The position numbers and the translations under genes are program-made. Below, one piece after another: positions 28,274-38,213 of a stretch of DNA of 64,000 bases (position 1 is the stretch's first letter; each line of letters opens with the position of its first letter). The notes below the pieces were generated by a model, which was not told the origin of the DNA, did not search any database, and was given only the letters and a program-made list of their open reading frames with translations. The stretch is from an uncultured Planctomycetota bacterium (GTDB taxonomy: Bacteria > Planctomycetota > Planctomycetia > Isosphaerales > Isosphaeraceae), in the NCBI GenBank assembly GCA_963823665.1, contig CAWGMQ010000005.1, forward strand, positions 1,728,001 to 1,792,000, written 5' to 3'.

Positions 28274-30850
28274 TCAGCCTTTGGTCAAGACGCCGTCCAG
28301 ATTCAAGAGCACGTTTGCAACGGTGGTCCAGGCAGCCAGCTCGGCTGCGCTCGTTCCTGCCGGAAGCGATTCCGGCGCGGCGGCGGATAGATTCGCCGCG
28401 GACTGGGGATCGCTCTTGAACCGCTCGAATTCCGCGTCGAACAAAGCGACGAGCGGCTCGATCTGTTCGGGCTCGGGCCTCCGGCACAGGCAGAGATAGA
28501 GGCCAAATCGCACTCGCGCTCTCGAATCCGGTCCACCTTCGCGCACAATTCGCCGCGCCAGTGCCCCCGCAGCCTCGACGTAGACCGGGTCGTTCATGGT
28601 TACGAACGCCTGGAGAGGCGTGTTGGTGCGCACGCGCTTGATCGCACAGATTTCGCGGCTCGGAGCGTCAAAGGCGGCCATCGACGGATACGGCACGGTG
28701 CGGCGCCAGAACGTGTAGAGCCCGCGGCGGTACCGGTCTCTTCCCTGGCTGGTTGCCCAGGTGCGCTGGCCGTTAAATGCCGCCTGCCAGAGACCATCCG
28801 GCTGAGGAGGAAAGACGCTCGGCCCACCGAGCTTGCGCGAAAGCAGCCCGCTTGAGGCCATCGCCTGATCGCGCACCATCTCGGCCTCGAGCCTCATTCG
28901 CGGCGCCCGCGCTAACAAGCGGTTGCGCGGATCCCGCTCGCGGAGCTCGGCAGTGACCTTCGACGACTGCCGATAAGTCGCCGAAATCACGATCAACCGC
29001 AACAGGGCCTTGGTATCCCAGCCCGAATCCTGATAGAAAATCGCCAGCCAGTCCAGCAACTCGGGGTGGCTCGGCGGCTCGCCCTGGGTTCCGAAGTCTT
29101 CTTCCGTCTCGACGAGCCCTGTGCTGAAGACCTGCGACCAGAGTCGGTTAACAGCCACTCGGGCGGTGAGCGGATTCCGGCGGTCGGTCAACCAGCGCGC
29201 CAGTCCCAGCCGGTCCGGCGAAGTTCCGGGCGAAAGGGCATGCAGCGACACGGGCACTCCGGGCGCAACCACGTCTCCCGGATCGAGGAAATTCCCCTTC
29301 CGCAGCACCCGCGTGAAGCGCCGCTTTGCCGGCGGCAACTCAGCCATCACCGGCACGGACGGACTCACCGGACGCGCCTTCTCGAGTGCGGCAATCTTGC
29401 CGCGCAGCGGAGCCAGCTCCGGCGCGATCGATGCGAAATATCGTGCCAGTGCGAGAGCTTGCGGCTTGGTCCGCTTGCTATCGGGCAAGTCCGCGAGATC
29501 GAGCACGTCTTTCGGAACACCCTTGCGCGCGGCGGCGTTCGCTCCACGGAGAGTGCCTTCCCACCTCGCCTGTGCGGCCGCGAGACTCGTGAGGGCGTTC
29601 TCCTGCTCCTTCCGAAGAGCGGCAATCTGGCTGTCGAACAACCGAGACCGCTGGGCGATCTCCGGAGTGGGCGCGGCGATGACCGGGCTCTCGTCCGGCT
29701 GGTCGTTGTCAGCCGTCTGGTTGAAGATCGCGTAAAACTTGTAATAGTCCTCATGTGTAATCGGGTCGAACTTATGGCTGTGGCACTTGGCGCAGCCCAT
29801 GGTCAACCCCATGAAAACCTGCATCGTGGTGTCGACCCTGTCCTTGATCGCCGCCACCCGGAATTCTTCGTCGTCAGTGCCCCCTTCGGTGTTTGTCATC
29901 GTGTTCCGATGGAAAGCCGTTGCGATCTTCTGTTCGAGGGTCGCATCGGGGAGCAGGTCTCCGGCCATTTGCCAGAGCATGAATTGATCGAACGGCAGGT
30001 TGCGGTTGAACGCGTCCACGACCCAGTCACGGTATCGCCAGATGCTCTCGCGCAAGGGGTCTGAACCGTAACCTGCCGAGTCGGCGTAGCGAGCCTGGTC
30101 CAGCCACATGCGGGCCCAGCGCTCACCAAAGCCCGGGTCTGCGAGGAGGCGGTCGACGGCTCTCTCGTAGGCGTCGCTCGATTGATCTGCGACGAATCGC
30201 TCGATTTCTTCGAGTGTGGGCGGAAGACCGCGCAGGTCCAGGCTCAGCCGGCGCAGAAGCAGCGCCCGGCTTGCTTCGGGCGAGGGTTTCAGACCCTCTT
30301 TCTCCAGGCGATCGAGGATCCAGAAGTCGATGCCGCTTTTCGGCCACGACCTGTCTGCGACTCTGGGAATCGGTTTCGCTTGCGGGGCGAGGAACGCCCA
30401 GTGCGGCGCATATTCGGCTCCTTGCTCGATCCAGCGGCGCAGAACGGTGACCTCGGCCGTCGTCAATCGATTGCCGGCCTTGCGGGGCGGCATACGCATC
30501 GTGTCGTCTTCCTCGGTGATCCGCGCGATCAGCTCGCTGGATTCCGGATCGCCTGGGACGAGCGCCAAATCGCCGTTCTTGAGGGGCTTGACGGCCGAGT
30601 CGCGGCGGTCGAGCCTCAAGCCCTTGGCTCGCTTTGCCTCATCCTGGCCGTGGCAGGCAAAACAGTTCCGCGCCAGGATCGGTCGCACGTCGCGGTTATA
30701 GTTGACCTTGCCGGCGGATGCAGCCTGTTCCTCAGCGGCACTTACCAGAACCTCGCTGGTTCGCAGAATCAATCCCAGCGCGATGAGACAGCAAGGCACC
30801 CACACTCTTGACTGAGTGTTTCCGGCACAGGGGCGAACGCTCGCTTTCAT
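28274..30850 (-). CDS. Planctomycete cytochrome c (PSCyt1) + DUF1549 + DUF1553 (PSD1) protein
   Basis: YNRDVRPIL..CFACHG, RMPP, GERWARMWLDQARYADS, GCAKCHSHKFDPI, ARVAVNRLW, RTNTPLQA, NLDGVLTK. Confidence 0.92.
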   Translation of the reverse strand: MKASVRPCAGNTQSRVWVPCCLIALGLILRTSEVLVSAAEEQAASAGKVNYNRDVRPILARNCFACHGQDEAKRAKGLRLDRRDSAVKPLKNGDLALVPGDPESSELIARITEEDDTMRMPPRKAGNRLTTAEVTVLRRWIEQGAEYAPHWAFLAPQAKPIPRVADRSWPKSGIDFWILDRLEKEGLKPSPEASRALLLRRLSLDLRGLPPTLEEIERFVADQSSDAYERAVDRLLADPGFGERWARMWLDQARYADSAGYGSDPLRESIWRYRDWVVDAFNRNLPFDQFMLWQMAGDLLPDATLEQKIATAFHRNTMTNTEGGTDDEEFRVAAIKDRVDTTMQVFMGLTMGCAKCHSHKFDPITHEDYYKFYAIFNQTADNDQPDESPVIAAPTPEIAQRSRLFDSQIAALRKEQENALTSLAAAQARWEGTLRGANAAARKGVPKDVLDLADLPDSKRTKPQALALARYFASIAPELAPLRGKIAALEKARPVSPSVPVMAELPPAKRRFTRVLRKGNFLDPGDVVAPGVPVSLHALSPGTSPDRLGLARWLTDRRNPLTARVAVNRLWSQVFSTGLVETEEDFGTQGEPPSHPELLDWLAIFYQDSGWDTKALLRLIVISATYRQSSKVTAELRERDPRNRLLARAPRMRLEAEMVRDQAMASSGLLSRKLGGPSVFPPQPDGLWQAAFNGQRTWATSQGRDRYRRGLYTFWRRTVPYPSMAAFDAPSREICAIKRVRTNTPLQAFVTMNDPVYVEAAGALARRIVREGGPDSRARVRFGLYLCLCRRPEPEQIEPLVALFDAEFERFKSDPQSAANLSAAAPESLPAGTSAAELAAWTTVANVLLNLDGVLTKG

Positions 30851-31081
30851 GGATCTGGATCCTCGGGCGATTCGATCGCCGAGTGGACGGCTGGAAGTTA
30901 GCCTCATTAGGAGGCGGGCGGCTGGTTCACAATCCAGGCGGGTGTACAGGTACGTGCGGGCGGTGCCTCAAGCTTATTCTCCTTTTTTCCCGATCCGCGC
31001 TCAAGACCGTGAGATCGGCTGCCCGGGTCTCCGAGGACGTTGCTTGATAACACACCGTGCTCGGACCGGGCGCAGCTCCGT

Positions 31082-31846
31082 TCAAGCCGAATGAATGAGC
31101 TTATTGCATGAATCAACGAGGCCGCGAGCTGTTCCGAGCAGCTCCGGGTTCGTCTCGGCTTCACCCGACGTTTCCAATCGAAAGATGGAGCTTTCAAGAA
31201 TCGGGATGAGCGATTTCAATTCCTGGTTCGACCCTTCCGCGCGCTGTTTTCCGGAGTGCTGGGATAGGATGTCAGCCGCCTTGAGGATCAGTCTCGGAGG
31301 GCTGTTCGCGGAGTTGGATAGAATTCTTCGTGATCGCTCAATCCCGGCGACGGGATCTGCGATCGACAGAGAGTGCAATGCCAGGTACGTGAAGTTCGAG
31401 TTCTCGGGGTCGAGATCGCTAGCCCTTTGCAGAAACGCTGAGGCGATACGATACTCGCCTGCGGCCATCCAGATTCTGCCGCGCAAGTAGGCCAAGCTTG
31501 CAGGTGGAATGTGCTGTGAATGCTTACGCAGTAATCGGAGCGCACTGTCGAACTCGCGCGACTCGCGTGCTTGCACCGCTTCATCGAGATCAGACATCAC
31601 GTCTGCCGTGATCGGTAACAGGGTCGGTATAATCTCATCCGTCAATGAATAGAAATCGGCAGAGATTCCATTGAGACTTACAATCTCCTCTCCGGAAAGT
31701 CGACTCCCCGGATCTTCCATCCGCTCCCGCAGTACCTCGCCCTTTGAACTCTCATCCCATCCTTCTCTGATGGCCACGTGAAGGTCATAGAGAAGGCGAA
31801 AATAATTTATAAAGTCCGGGTCGCTAAAGAAGCTGTCAGTTGCCAT
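31082..31846 (-). CDS. Hypothetical alpha-helical protein with a TPR-like segment; putative partner of the upstream ART-fold gene
   Basis: 254-aa ORF starting 3 nt after the upstream stop; LAYLRGRIWMAAGEYRIASAFLQRASDLDPEN resembles a TPR unit; AT-richer DNA. Confidence 0.65.
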   Translation of the reverse strand: MATDSFFSDPDFINYFRLLYDLHVAIREGWDESSKGEVLRERMEDPGSRLSGEEIVSLNGISADFYSLTDEIIPTLLPITADVMSDLDEAVQARESREFDSALRLLRKHSQHIPPASLAYLRGRIWMAAGEYRIASAFLQRASDLDPENSNFTYLALHSLSIADPVAGIERSRRILSNSANSPPRLILKAADILSQHSGKQRAEGSNQELKSLIPILESSIFRLETSGEAETNPELLGTARGLVDSCNKLIHSA

Positions 31847-31849
31847 ACT

Positions 31850-32281
31850 TCAAGTCTCGTCAATCACCCATTCGCCGTACGTCGCCGCAAGATCGTCCTG
31901 AAATTGCCGTACCTTCACTATTTGGATCGGCACGACGTTTCCGGCGCACGCGTTTCTTTCCTTAAGGACCAATCCGAGACAAGCATTCAACTGCTCTTCA
32001 GCGAACGGTCCGTGTCCAAAACGAAAGCACGCCAAGCCGTTCGAACCTGCGGCGCTGGGGGAAACTGATCGGAGCCTTTTCGGAATGAGATGGGGCAGCA
32101 ACCACCGCCAATTCTCGACCACCGACATTCCCTTTCCATTGCAAATCACATTTCCGTCTTCATCCAGGTCGACGCCTGAGCTCGGGTTCGGGGGGATTCG
32201 AACCCCGAGCTCCTTCGAGTTCGAGCCAATTACGGGCGACCCCTGGTCGTTCTGCTTCATCGCGCGATAGATCGTCGGCAT
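31850..32281 (-). CDS. Small protein resembling Tse2-like ADP-ribosyltransferase-fold toxins
   Basis: IYRAM, LGVRIP, GMSV, LPHLIP and VVP..FQDDLAAT..W pattern recalled for Tse2-like ART proteins; recognised by eye, not by search. Confidence 0.55.
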   Translation of the reverse strand: MPTIYRAMKQNDQGSPVIGSNSKELGVRIPPNPSSGVDLDEDGNVICNGKGMSVVENWRWLLPHLIPKRLRSVSPSAAGSNGLACFRFGHGPFAEEQLNACLGLVLKERNACAGNVVPIQIVKVRQFQDDLAATYGEWVIDET

Positions 32282-32413
32282 GTCTTGTTAGTTGCGACGT
32301 GCACCACAGAACCACTCGTTAGACCCCATTCTAGCACGCGCGGCACTCAATCACGAGGCTCGTTCGCGGACGTGCCCTCACATCCTGCCGTCGGTACGCT
32401 ACCAGCGCCAACA

Positions 32414-34183
32414 CTAAAGCGTCTTCAAGAATGCCACCAGTTCAGCGACCTCTTTCGGAGAGAGCACCAGTCCCCGCGGGTGCTTTTCCTTCTGGAAGAC
32501 TTCTTCGAGCGATCGGACTCGGCCGTCGTGCAAGAACGCATCCCTGCCGCTTACTCCCCGCAGCGAAGGCGGATTGAATTCGCGATTGCCCACCTCGTCT
32601 CGCAGGCCGACGTCGTAACGTTCTGGCGACGTGTATTCCGGCACGGCGTGGCACGCGCCGCACTTACGTTCCTGGAAACTGACCCGCCCGGCGGCAATCT
32701 CCGGCGATTCTGGTCTGTCGGCGCCGGTCGCCAATCGCGGCGGGGGCGAAAGCGTCTCGAGATAGGCCTTCAGGTCGGCAACCTGCGAATCCTTGAGCTT
32801 CGTGCCGTGCATGGTCGTCGCGATCGACTTGGCCACCTGGTCTTCGAGTCGCGCCATCGAGCCGGTCCATGTCCACGGGCCGGTCGCAGCCACACCAAGC
32901 AACGAGGGCACACGCTTGGGTGCGCCGTAAGATCCGTCACCGAGGGTATCGCTCAGGAGGTTGTTGGTGTGTCCGTCGGTGTGACAGCTATGGCAGCTCA
33001 TCCAGCCGTCGTGCGAAAGCTTGGCGTTATAGAACAACCGTTCGCCTCTCTGTGGGGCAGTCATGTCGGGCCTCGGCCCGAGCGAGATCGTCGCGGTGCG
33101 CATGCCAGTCGCGGTCAGGATGACCGAGACCGTGTCGTCCAGACGATTCGCCACGAAGACAGACGAGCCGTCGGGGCTGGAGGCCACCGCCGCCGGCCCA
33201 TTCCCCACAACGATTCGCCGCGGGCCCTGGTCGGGGCTTGGCGTGATCGCGATCTCGTCGACGCCAGGCAGTGCGACGACAAGGTTGCCGCCCGTCGAGA
33301 ACGCGACTCGGCCCGGGTCGCCCGCCGCGTAGCCGACGTCGCCCAGATCGAACAGCCGGCCGCCGTCCAGGAGCGTACTGGCTGAGCTTGCTCCAAAGAG
33401 TTTGTCGGTTGGAAGCATTCGCAGGTGGTTGCGGATGAGCAGGCCCCAGTGCACGTCGTCGAACGTGCTTTGCGCCAGGTGATTGAGGTATTGATGCGCG
33501 ATCACGAGTGATTTGCCGTCGGGCGCAAAGGCCATTCCGCGGATGTTATGCCCTGGGATCGTGCGCACCGATTCAATGGCATGGCGCTGGCTGTCAATCA
33601 CCGCCAGACCACCCCCGAAGGCGTCTGCGACCACGAGTTTCGACCCGTCGCCCGAGGTCGCCAGCTCGCCGGGGCAGAACGGCAGATCGAGACTGGCGAT
33701 GGCCGCGATGGCCGTGGCTTTGCCCATCGGCCCGTTGGTGATGGAGACGAACGTCAGCCGGCGCGACCAGCGCGAGACCACTGCACACGCCGCGCCGTCG
33801 CCCAGCACGGCCAGACGAACCGGATCGGGGCTTACCTTCAGCCGATCGAGCACCTGCACCTTGAGATCGTGGCAGTCCAGGAGTAGCAGCTCGTTCGATC
33901 CTTCGTCGACGGCCAGTAGCCGCTTCTCTTTGAGGGCAGCCAGATCGGTCAGGCTGCGGCCCAGATCGTGTTCAGCGACGGTCCTGGTTGTCGCCACGTC
34001 GATGATCGACAGACTGCCGCTACGCCGGTTGGCCGCGACGACCGTGTTGCCTGAATCGACAAAAACCAGCGCGACGGGCTGCCGCTGGCGGGGCACAAGC
34101 TCGCCGGACGTTGTCTGGGAAGTGAGGAGCATCGCCGCCGGCAACGCCCCAGCTAGAAAAAGACGGTCAAGCGGAATTCGCAT
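32414..34183 (-). CDS. Secreted beta-propeller (YncE-like) + di-heme cytochrome c peroxidase-like domain protein
   Basis: Signal peptide; propeller repeats (ANRRSGSLSIID, FVANRLDDTVSVI); SCHSCH and CGACH heme motifs; PPSLRGV..FLHDGR..LVAFLKTL. Confidence 0.85.
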   Translation of the reverse strand: MRIPLDRLFLAGALPAAMLLTSQTTSGELVPRQRQPVALVFVDSGNTVVAANRRSGSLSIIDVATTRTVAEHDLGRSLTDLAALKEKRLLAVDEGSNELLLLDCHDLKVQVLDRLKVSPDPVRLAVLGDGAACAVVSRWSRRLTFVSITNGPMGKATAIAAIASLDLPFCPGELATSGDGSKLVVADAFGGGLAVIDSQRHAIESVRTIPGHNIRGMAFAPDGKSLVIAHQYLNHLAQSTFDDVHWGLLIRNHLRMLPTDKLFGASSASTLLDGGRLFDLGDVGYAAGDPGRVAFSTGGNLVVALPGVDEIAITPSPDQGPRRIVVGNGPAAVASSPDGSSVFVANRLDDTVSVILTATGMRTATISLGPRPDMTAPQRGERLFYNAKLSHDGWMSCHSCHTDGHTNNLLSDTLGDGSYGAPKRVPSLLGVAATGPWTWTGSMARLEDQVAKSIATTMHGTKLKDSQVADLKAYLETLSPPPRLATGADRPESPEIAAGRVSFQERKCGACHAVPEYTSPERYDVGLRDEVGNREFNPPSLRGVSGRDAFLHDGRVRSLEEVFQKEKHPRGLVLSPKEVAELVAFLKTL

Positions 34184-34212
34184 GGTGACACCTCGAGCCC
34201 GCTAGCGGAGGG

Positions 34213-35730
34213 TCAGGATCTCTTGAGCAACAGCCGAATCTGCTCGACGGCTTTATTCACCGCAGCGTCGGGCACGGAGTCCGCCTTCTTGGAAGCCGCC
34301 GGGCCGAGCCGAAGCAAGGCAGCCTGGGCCGCTCGGTTCTCGGCGAGCTGGTGGTCGGGATGTACTCCGGAGTTTTTGTTCTCCGGCTGGTGTACCGGGG
34401 GGCCGAAAAATTGATCGAAGGCCGGCGCGCGGGTCGTTTGATCGAAAGCCGACACCGGCCGGCCGTCGCCGCGCTCGAGAATCCCGGTCGTCAGCGAGAC
34501 GGACCAATCGCTCTTTCCGATCCGGACGAATGACGTGGCCACCGCATTTCCGAAGTTCGCGCGGGCGCTTGACGTCGGACTCCCGACCACGATTCCCCGG
34601 TGATTATCCTGGATCGCAGCGGCCAGCCATTCCGCGGCACCGGACGTGTTGCTGTCCACGAGCACGGCGATCGGCCAGCCCCGGAAGATCGCATCGGAAT
34701 CTGCCTGGTAGACTGTCTCGCCCTGGCTGGTCTGCACCCGTCCGATCGTGCCGTGATCGAGTAGGCTGTCGGCCAGCAGGAGCGCGGTGTGGACCGAATT
34801 GCTCCTGCTTCTCCGCAAGTCGAGAACGATCGCCTTGATCCCTTGTTTCTCGAGCTCGAGCGCAATCTTGCGGAGCTCGTGGGGCGTGCTACCGGCCATC
34901 ATGTTGATTCGCAAGTAAGCGATGGGATCGGAATCACTGATCCGGAAGTCCCAGTCGCCGGCCGGCTGCTTGCGGCAGCCCGCGATCGTTGGAAGCGGGT
35001 GCTGCCCGCGCACGATGCTGTAGATCCGCGACTGCGCGGCGCCGGGCTGGCGGACCTTGATTGTCACGGTCGTGCCCTCGTCGCCGCGCAGGCGATCGAC
35101 TGCATCCCTCAATGGCATTCCCTTGGTGTCAACGCCTTCAATCTGTTCGACCAGATCATTTGACTTGACTCCGGCTCGGTCGGCGGGCCCTCCCTCGATC
35201 ACTTGTGCGATACTGGGCCGCTTCTCCGCTTCGTCCACGCTGAGAGCAATGTGAATTCCGACATAGCGATTTCCCGCATTCTGCTCCTGAACCTTGCGCT
35301 CCTTCTCCGGCACCAGTTGAGCGTTTCCGGAGACATTGGTCAGCAGCCCGTTCAGCAACGCCTCTTCAAGCTCCTTGGCCGTCACCGACTTGCTGGTCGA
35401 AGCCGGCCAGATGTCATCGAGCAAGCGCGCGAGTTGCTCAGGGGTGGTCACGCCGGACACGCGGCTGCTCAACCGGAGTGGGACCGGAGCGCCGGCGGCT
35501 TTGTAAAGCGCCTGGATGCCTGTGAGGATCATCTGCTGACGCGCCGGCGGGTCGATATGATGCTCCAGCACCGTGTCGACGACGCTTTCGACGAGTATTG
35601 CCAGGCCGGCAGGCGCCGATGACGGCTTTGACTGCTCGTTGGAAGGCACATCGGCGAAGGCCGTTCGTGGCCCGGTGAAGCCAACGGAAAGCGCAACCAG
35701 TCCCGCCAATGTCGTTTCAACTAGACGCAT
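34213..35730 (-). CDS. S41 (CtpA-like) PDZ peptidase homolog with degenerate active site
   Basis: Signal peptide, YVGIHIAL, PDZ (GGPADRAGVK..LRGDEGTTV), IAYLRI, IVLDLR, AVLVDSNTSGAAE, IQDNHRGIVVG. Confidence 0.82.
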   Translation of the reverse strand: MRLVETTLAGLVALSVGFTGPRTAFADVPSNEQSKPSSAPAGLAILVESVVDTVLEHHIDPPARQQMILTGIQALYKAAGAPVPLRLSSRVSGVTTPEQLARLLDDIWPASTSKSVTAKELEEALLNGLLTNVSGNAQLVPEKERKVQEQNAGNRYVGIHIALSVDEAEKRPSIAQVIEGGPADRAGVKSNDLVEQIEGVDTKGMPLRDAVDRLRGDEGTTVTIKVRQPGAAQSRIYSIVRGQHPLPTIAGCRKQPAGDWDFRISDSDPIAYLRINMMAGSTPHELRKIALELEKQGIKAIVLDLRRSRSNSVHTALLLADSLLDHGTIGRVQTSQGETVYQADSDAIFRGWPIAVLVDSNTSGAAEWLAAAIQDNHRGIVVGSPTSSARANFGNAVATSFVRIGKSDWSVSLTTGILERGDGRPVSAFDQTTRAPAFDQFFGPPVHQPENKNSGVHPDHQLAENRAAQAALLRLGPAASKKADSVPDAAVNKAVEQIRLLLKRS

Positions 35731-36023
35731 GACAACTTTGACTCCTCGAGCCAGCGGATCCGATGCTGTTCAAGTGACGTCGAGAGCCCGGTCCGCCAGG
35801 ATATCCGATCGCGCGTGCACTTAACAACGGCGCTCGCACCTGACCGATGAACGGTCAAGAGAGCGCTTTCGTTTCCATCTCCGCCTCTACGAGGCCGGAA
35901 AACCGTATCGTGAGCCGGTCCGCGGGCTCGCGCCGACCGCCGGGCATGTCGCTCAACGATCGTTTCAACATCCATCCGGTTCGTGGACCCGGATGTGCTC
36001 CAGACTTGGGTCGCGGATCAAGC

Positions 36024-38213
36024 TCAGGTGATGCGATTCCCCTTCGGCGAAATGGTGAGGATATCGGTCTGTGCCAGGGAAACGCCGGACGTATCATCCA
36101 CGCCACCGGCGAAGACCTGGATTCGTCCCCCTTTGGGAAATGTCTGTTTACCCGCAAGCAGCATGGTCACGGAGTTACTCGTCAGATCGGCTGCGGGAAT
36201 CGTGAAGCCGACACTCGCGTATACGGGTACTTTGGTCTTGATTTTCCGTTTGCCCACTTTCGTGGTCACCGTCTTGATGTTCTTGAGTACTTCAATCTCG
36301 TAATTTGCGCCATTAGCGAGTGACGTCTGATCCATGCCGGTGCTGAACGTGATCGTGTAGCCTGAGACCGTCGGCTTGCCGGTCGGTTTGTGGGTTTTCT
36401 TGTTAACCTTCTGAGTAAGGACGACCGATTCACTGACGATCGTTGGTGGCGGAGGAGGGGGCGGGGGCGGAGGAGCGGGCGGCGGCGGCGGTGGGGGCGC
36501 GACCGTCACGTTGAAGAGATTCGTCGTGGTCGAGCTCAATGACCCCGAGCTGATTCCTAGCGCGTAGCCGTCGCCTGGCTTGTTGAGCGATAACCCGCTA
36601 AACGTCACGGAGGCCGGCGTCGCACTCGCCGGTGAGATGCTGAGGCTGGTTGTGCCGCTCAATACAGTTCCGGCGCCCCCTGCATTAGTTGCCAGGGTTA
36701 CCCTCACGGTTCCTGCGAAATTCGGGTCGACGTTGTTGAAGGGATCCTCCGCGGCAACCGTGAAGTCAATCCCGCCGCCGGTGGAAAACGGGCCTGTCGG
36801 CTCGCTCGTCACGACCAGCTTGGTAGCCGCGGCCGCCGACACGCTGAACGCGCCGGTGGTCACGGCCAAGGGCGCTCCTGTCCCGGTGCTCGCCGCCTGG
36901 AGCGCGTAACCGGCAACTGCTTTATCAAGCGTCAGTGTTGAGAATGTCGCAACGCCCTTCACCGCCGGCACACTGAAATTCCCGCCCACCGTGCTCGAGC
37001 CACCGGTCGGCACACTGGCCACCGAGGCCGTCACGGTGCCATTGAAGAGCAGGTCGACGATACCCGCGCCATACTCGCCCGTGACCGTCATGCCAAAGTC
37101 TTGCCCGGCCGTGACACCCGCGGGCGGGGTCGTCACGACGAAGTGGGGCTGAACATTCAAGTTCACGACCCCAATCGCACCGCCGGCGTCGGCGAACCAC
37201 ACGTTCCCGTCAGGCCCGGCCGTGATCGCCACCGGATTGGGGGTTGTGACAACGTTAGTCGGGATGGAAAGCGTCTGCGTGATTGCAGGGGTGGCAGGGT
37301 CGATCTGATCGATCGTGCCCGCGGTCGTCCCGTTGCTGGTCACTGCAACCCAGATATTGCTGTCCGGCCCCGTCGTGATTCCGAACGGTTCAGTCGACGC
37401 CGGCAGTGGGATCTCTTGAACTGCGTATGGGGAGCTCTTGTTGACGATGCCGATGGCGTACGAGTTGTAAGCGGTCCCAGCAGAATTGCGGTTGCCCGCG
37501 ACATACCAGATGTTGCCGTCGGGACCGACCGTGAGATCAAACGGCTGTTCGCTCGTTCCGCCCGGAAGCGGCACCTGGTTTACGAGACTTCCGTTTGCCG
37601 GGTTGAATATCGCGATTCCGCCCAATTCCGCGGCCCAGAGATATCCGTCGGGCCCGAAAACGATTTGTGACTCGAATCCCGCTCCCATCCCCGCGGGCGC
37701 AGGAAACTCCGTGATCTGGCCGGTCGTCGGATTGAGCTCGGCGAGCTTGTCGGCCAATGCCTCCGTGAACCAGATATCGCCGTCGGCAGATGTGATTCCA
37801 ATCGGGCCTGCGTTCGCGCTCATTCCAGCGGAACTGCCGAAGTTTTGGATGGGTTGCCCGGTGTTGTTCGGATTGAACATTCCAATCGCATTGACCGTTG
37901 GGTTCGATTCCGTGAACCACAGGTCGCCGTTCGGCCCTGATGTGATCTGCGCGAGACTCGCGCTGGCCGGCAACCCGCTCGAAAACGTGTTGATCACATG
38001 AGTTGTGGCGTCAATCCTCCCGATGGCATTGCCGGTTTGCTCGATGAACCACACATTGCCGTCAGACCCGGTCGTGATCGCCGTCGGCAGAACGGTCGAG
38101 CTCGAAATAGGGAACTCGGTGATCGTGGCCAGCAGCGTGCGCGGCTCAAGCCACTCCAGTACGGGCCGGCGCCTTTGTCTCTTGGTCCACCGAGTCGTTC
38201 GCGCAGCGTGCAT
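36024..38213 (-). CDS. Extracellular Vgb-like beta-propeller protein with Ig-like domains and poly-Pro linker
   Basis: Planctomycete extracellular motif RRRPVLEWLEPRTLLA; repeated ITxGPDGNxWF units; AEDPFNN Ig-like repeat; long Pro run at about 36445-36500; start uncertain (38213-38282). Confidence 0.82.
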   Translation of the reverse strand: MHAARTTRWTKRQRRRPVLEWLEPRTLLATITEFPISSSTVLPTAITTGSDGNVWFIEQTGNAIGRIDATTHVINTFSSGLPASASLAQITSGPNGDLWFTESNPTVNAIGMFNPNNTGQPIQNFGSSAGMSANAGPIGITSADGDIWFTEALADKLAELNPTTGQITEFPAPAGMGAGFESQIVFGPDGYLWAAELGGIAIFNPANGSLVNQVPLPGGTSEQPFDLTVGPDGNIWYVAGNRNSAGTAYNSYAIGIVNKSSPYAVQEIPLPASTEPFGITTGPDSNIWVAVTSNGTTAGTIDQIDPATPAITQTLSIPTNVVTTPNPVAITAGPDGNVWFADAGGAIGVVNLNVQPHFVVTTPPAGVTAGQDFGMTVTGEYGAGIVDLLFNGTVTASVASVPTGGSSTVGGNFSVPAVKGVATFSTLTLDKAVAGYALQAASTGTGAPLAVTTGAFSVSAAAATKLVVTSEPTGPFSTGGGIDFTVAAEDPFNNVDPNFAGTVRVTLATNAGGAGTVLSGTTSLSISPASATPASVTFSGLSLNKPGDGYALGISSGSLSSTTTNLFNVTVAPPPPPPPAPPPPPPPPPPTIVSESVVLTQKVNKKTHKPTGKPTVSGYTITFSTGMDQTSLANGANYEIEVLKNIKTVTTKVGKRKIKTKVPVYASVGFTIPAADLTSNSVTMLLAGKQTFPKGGRIQVFAGGVDDTSGVSLAQTDILTISPKGNRIT

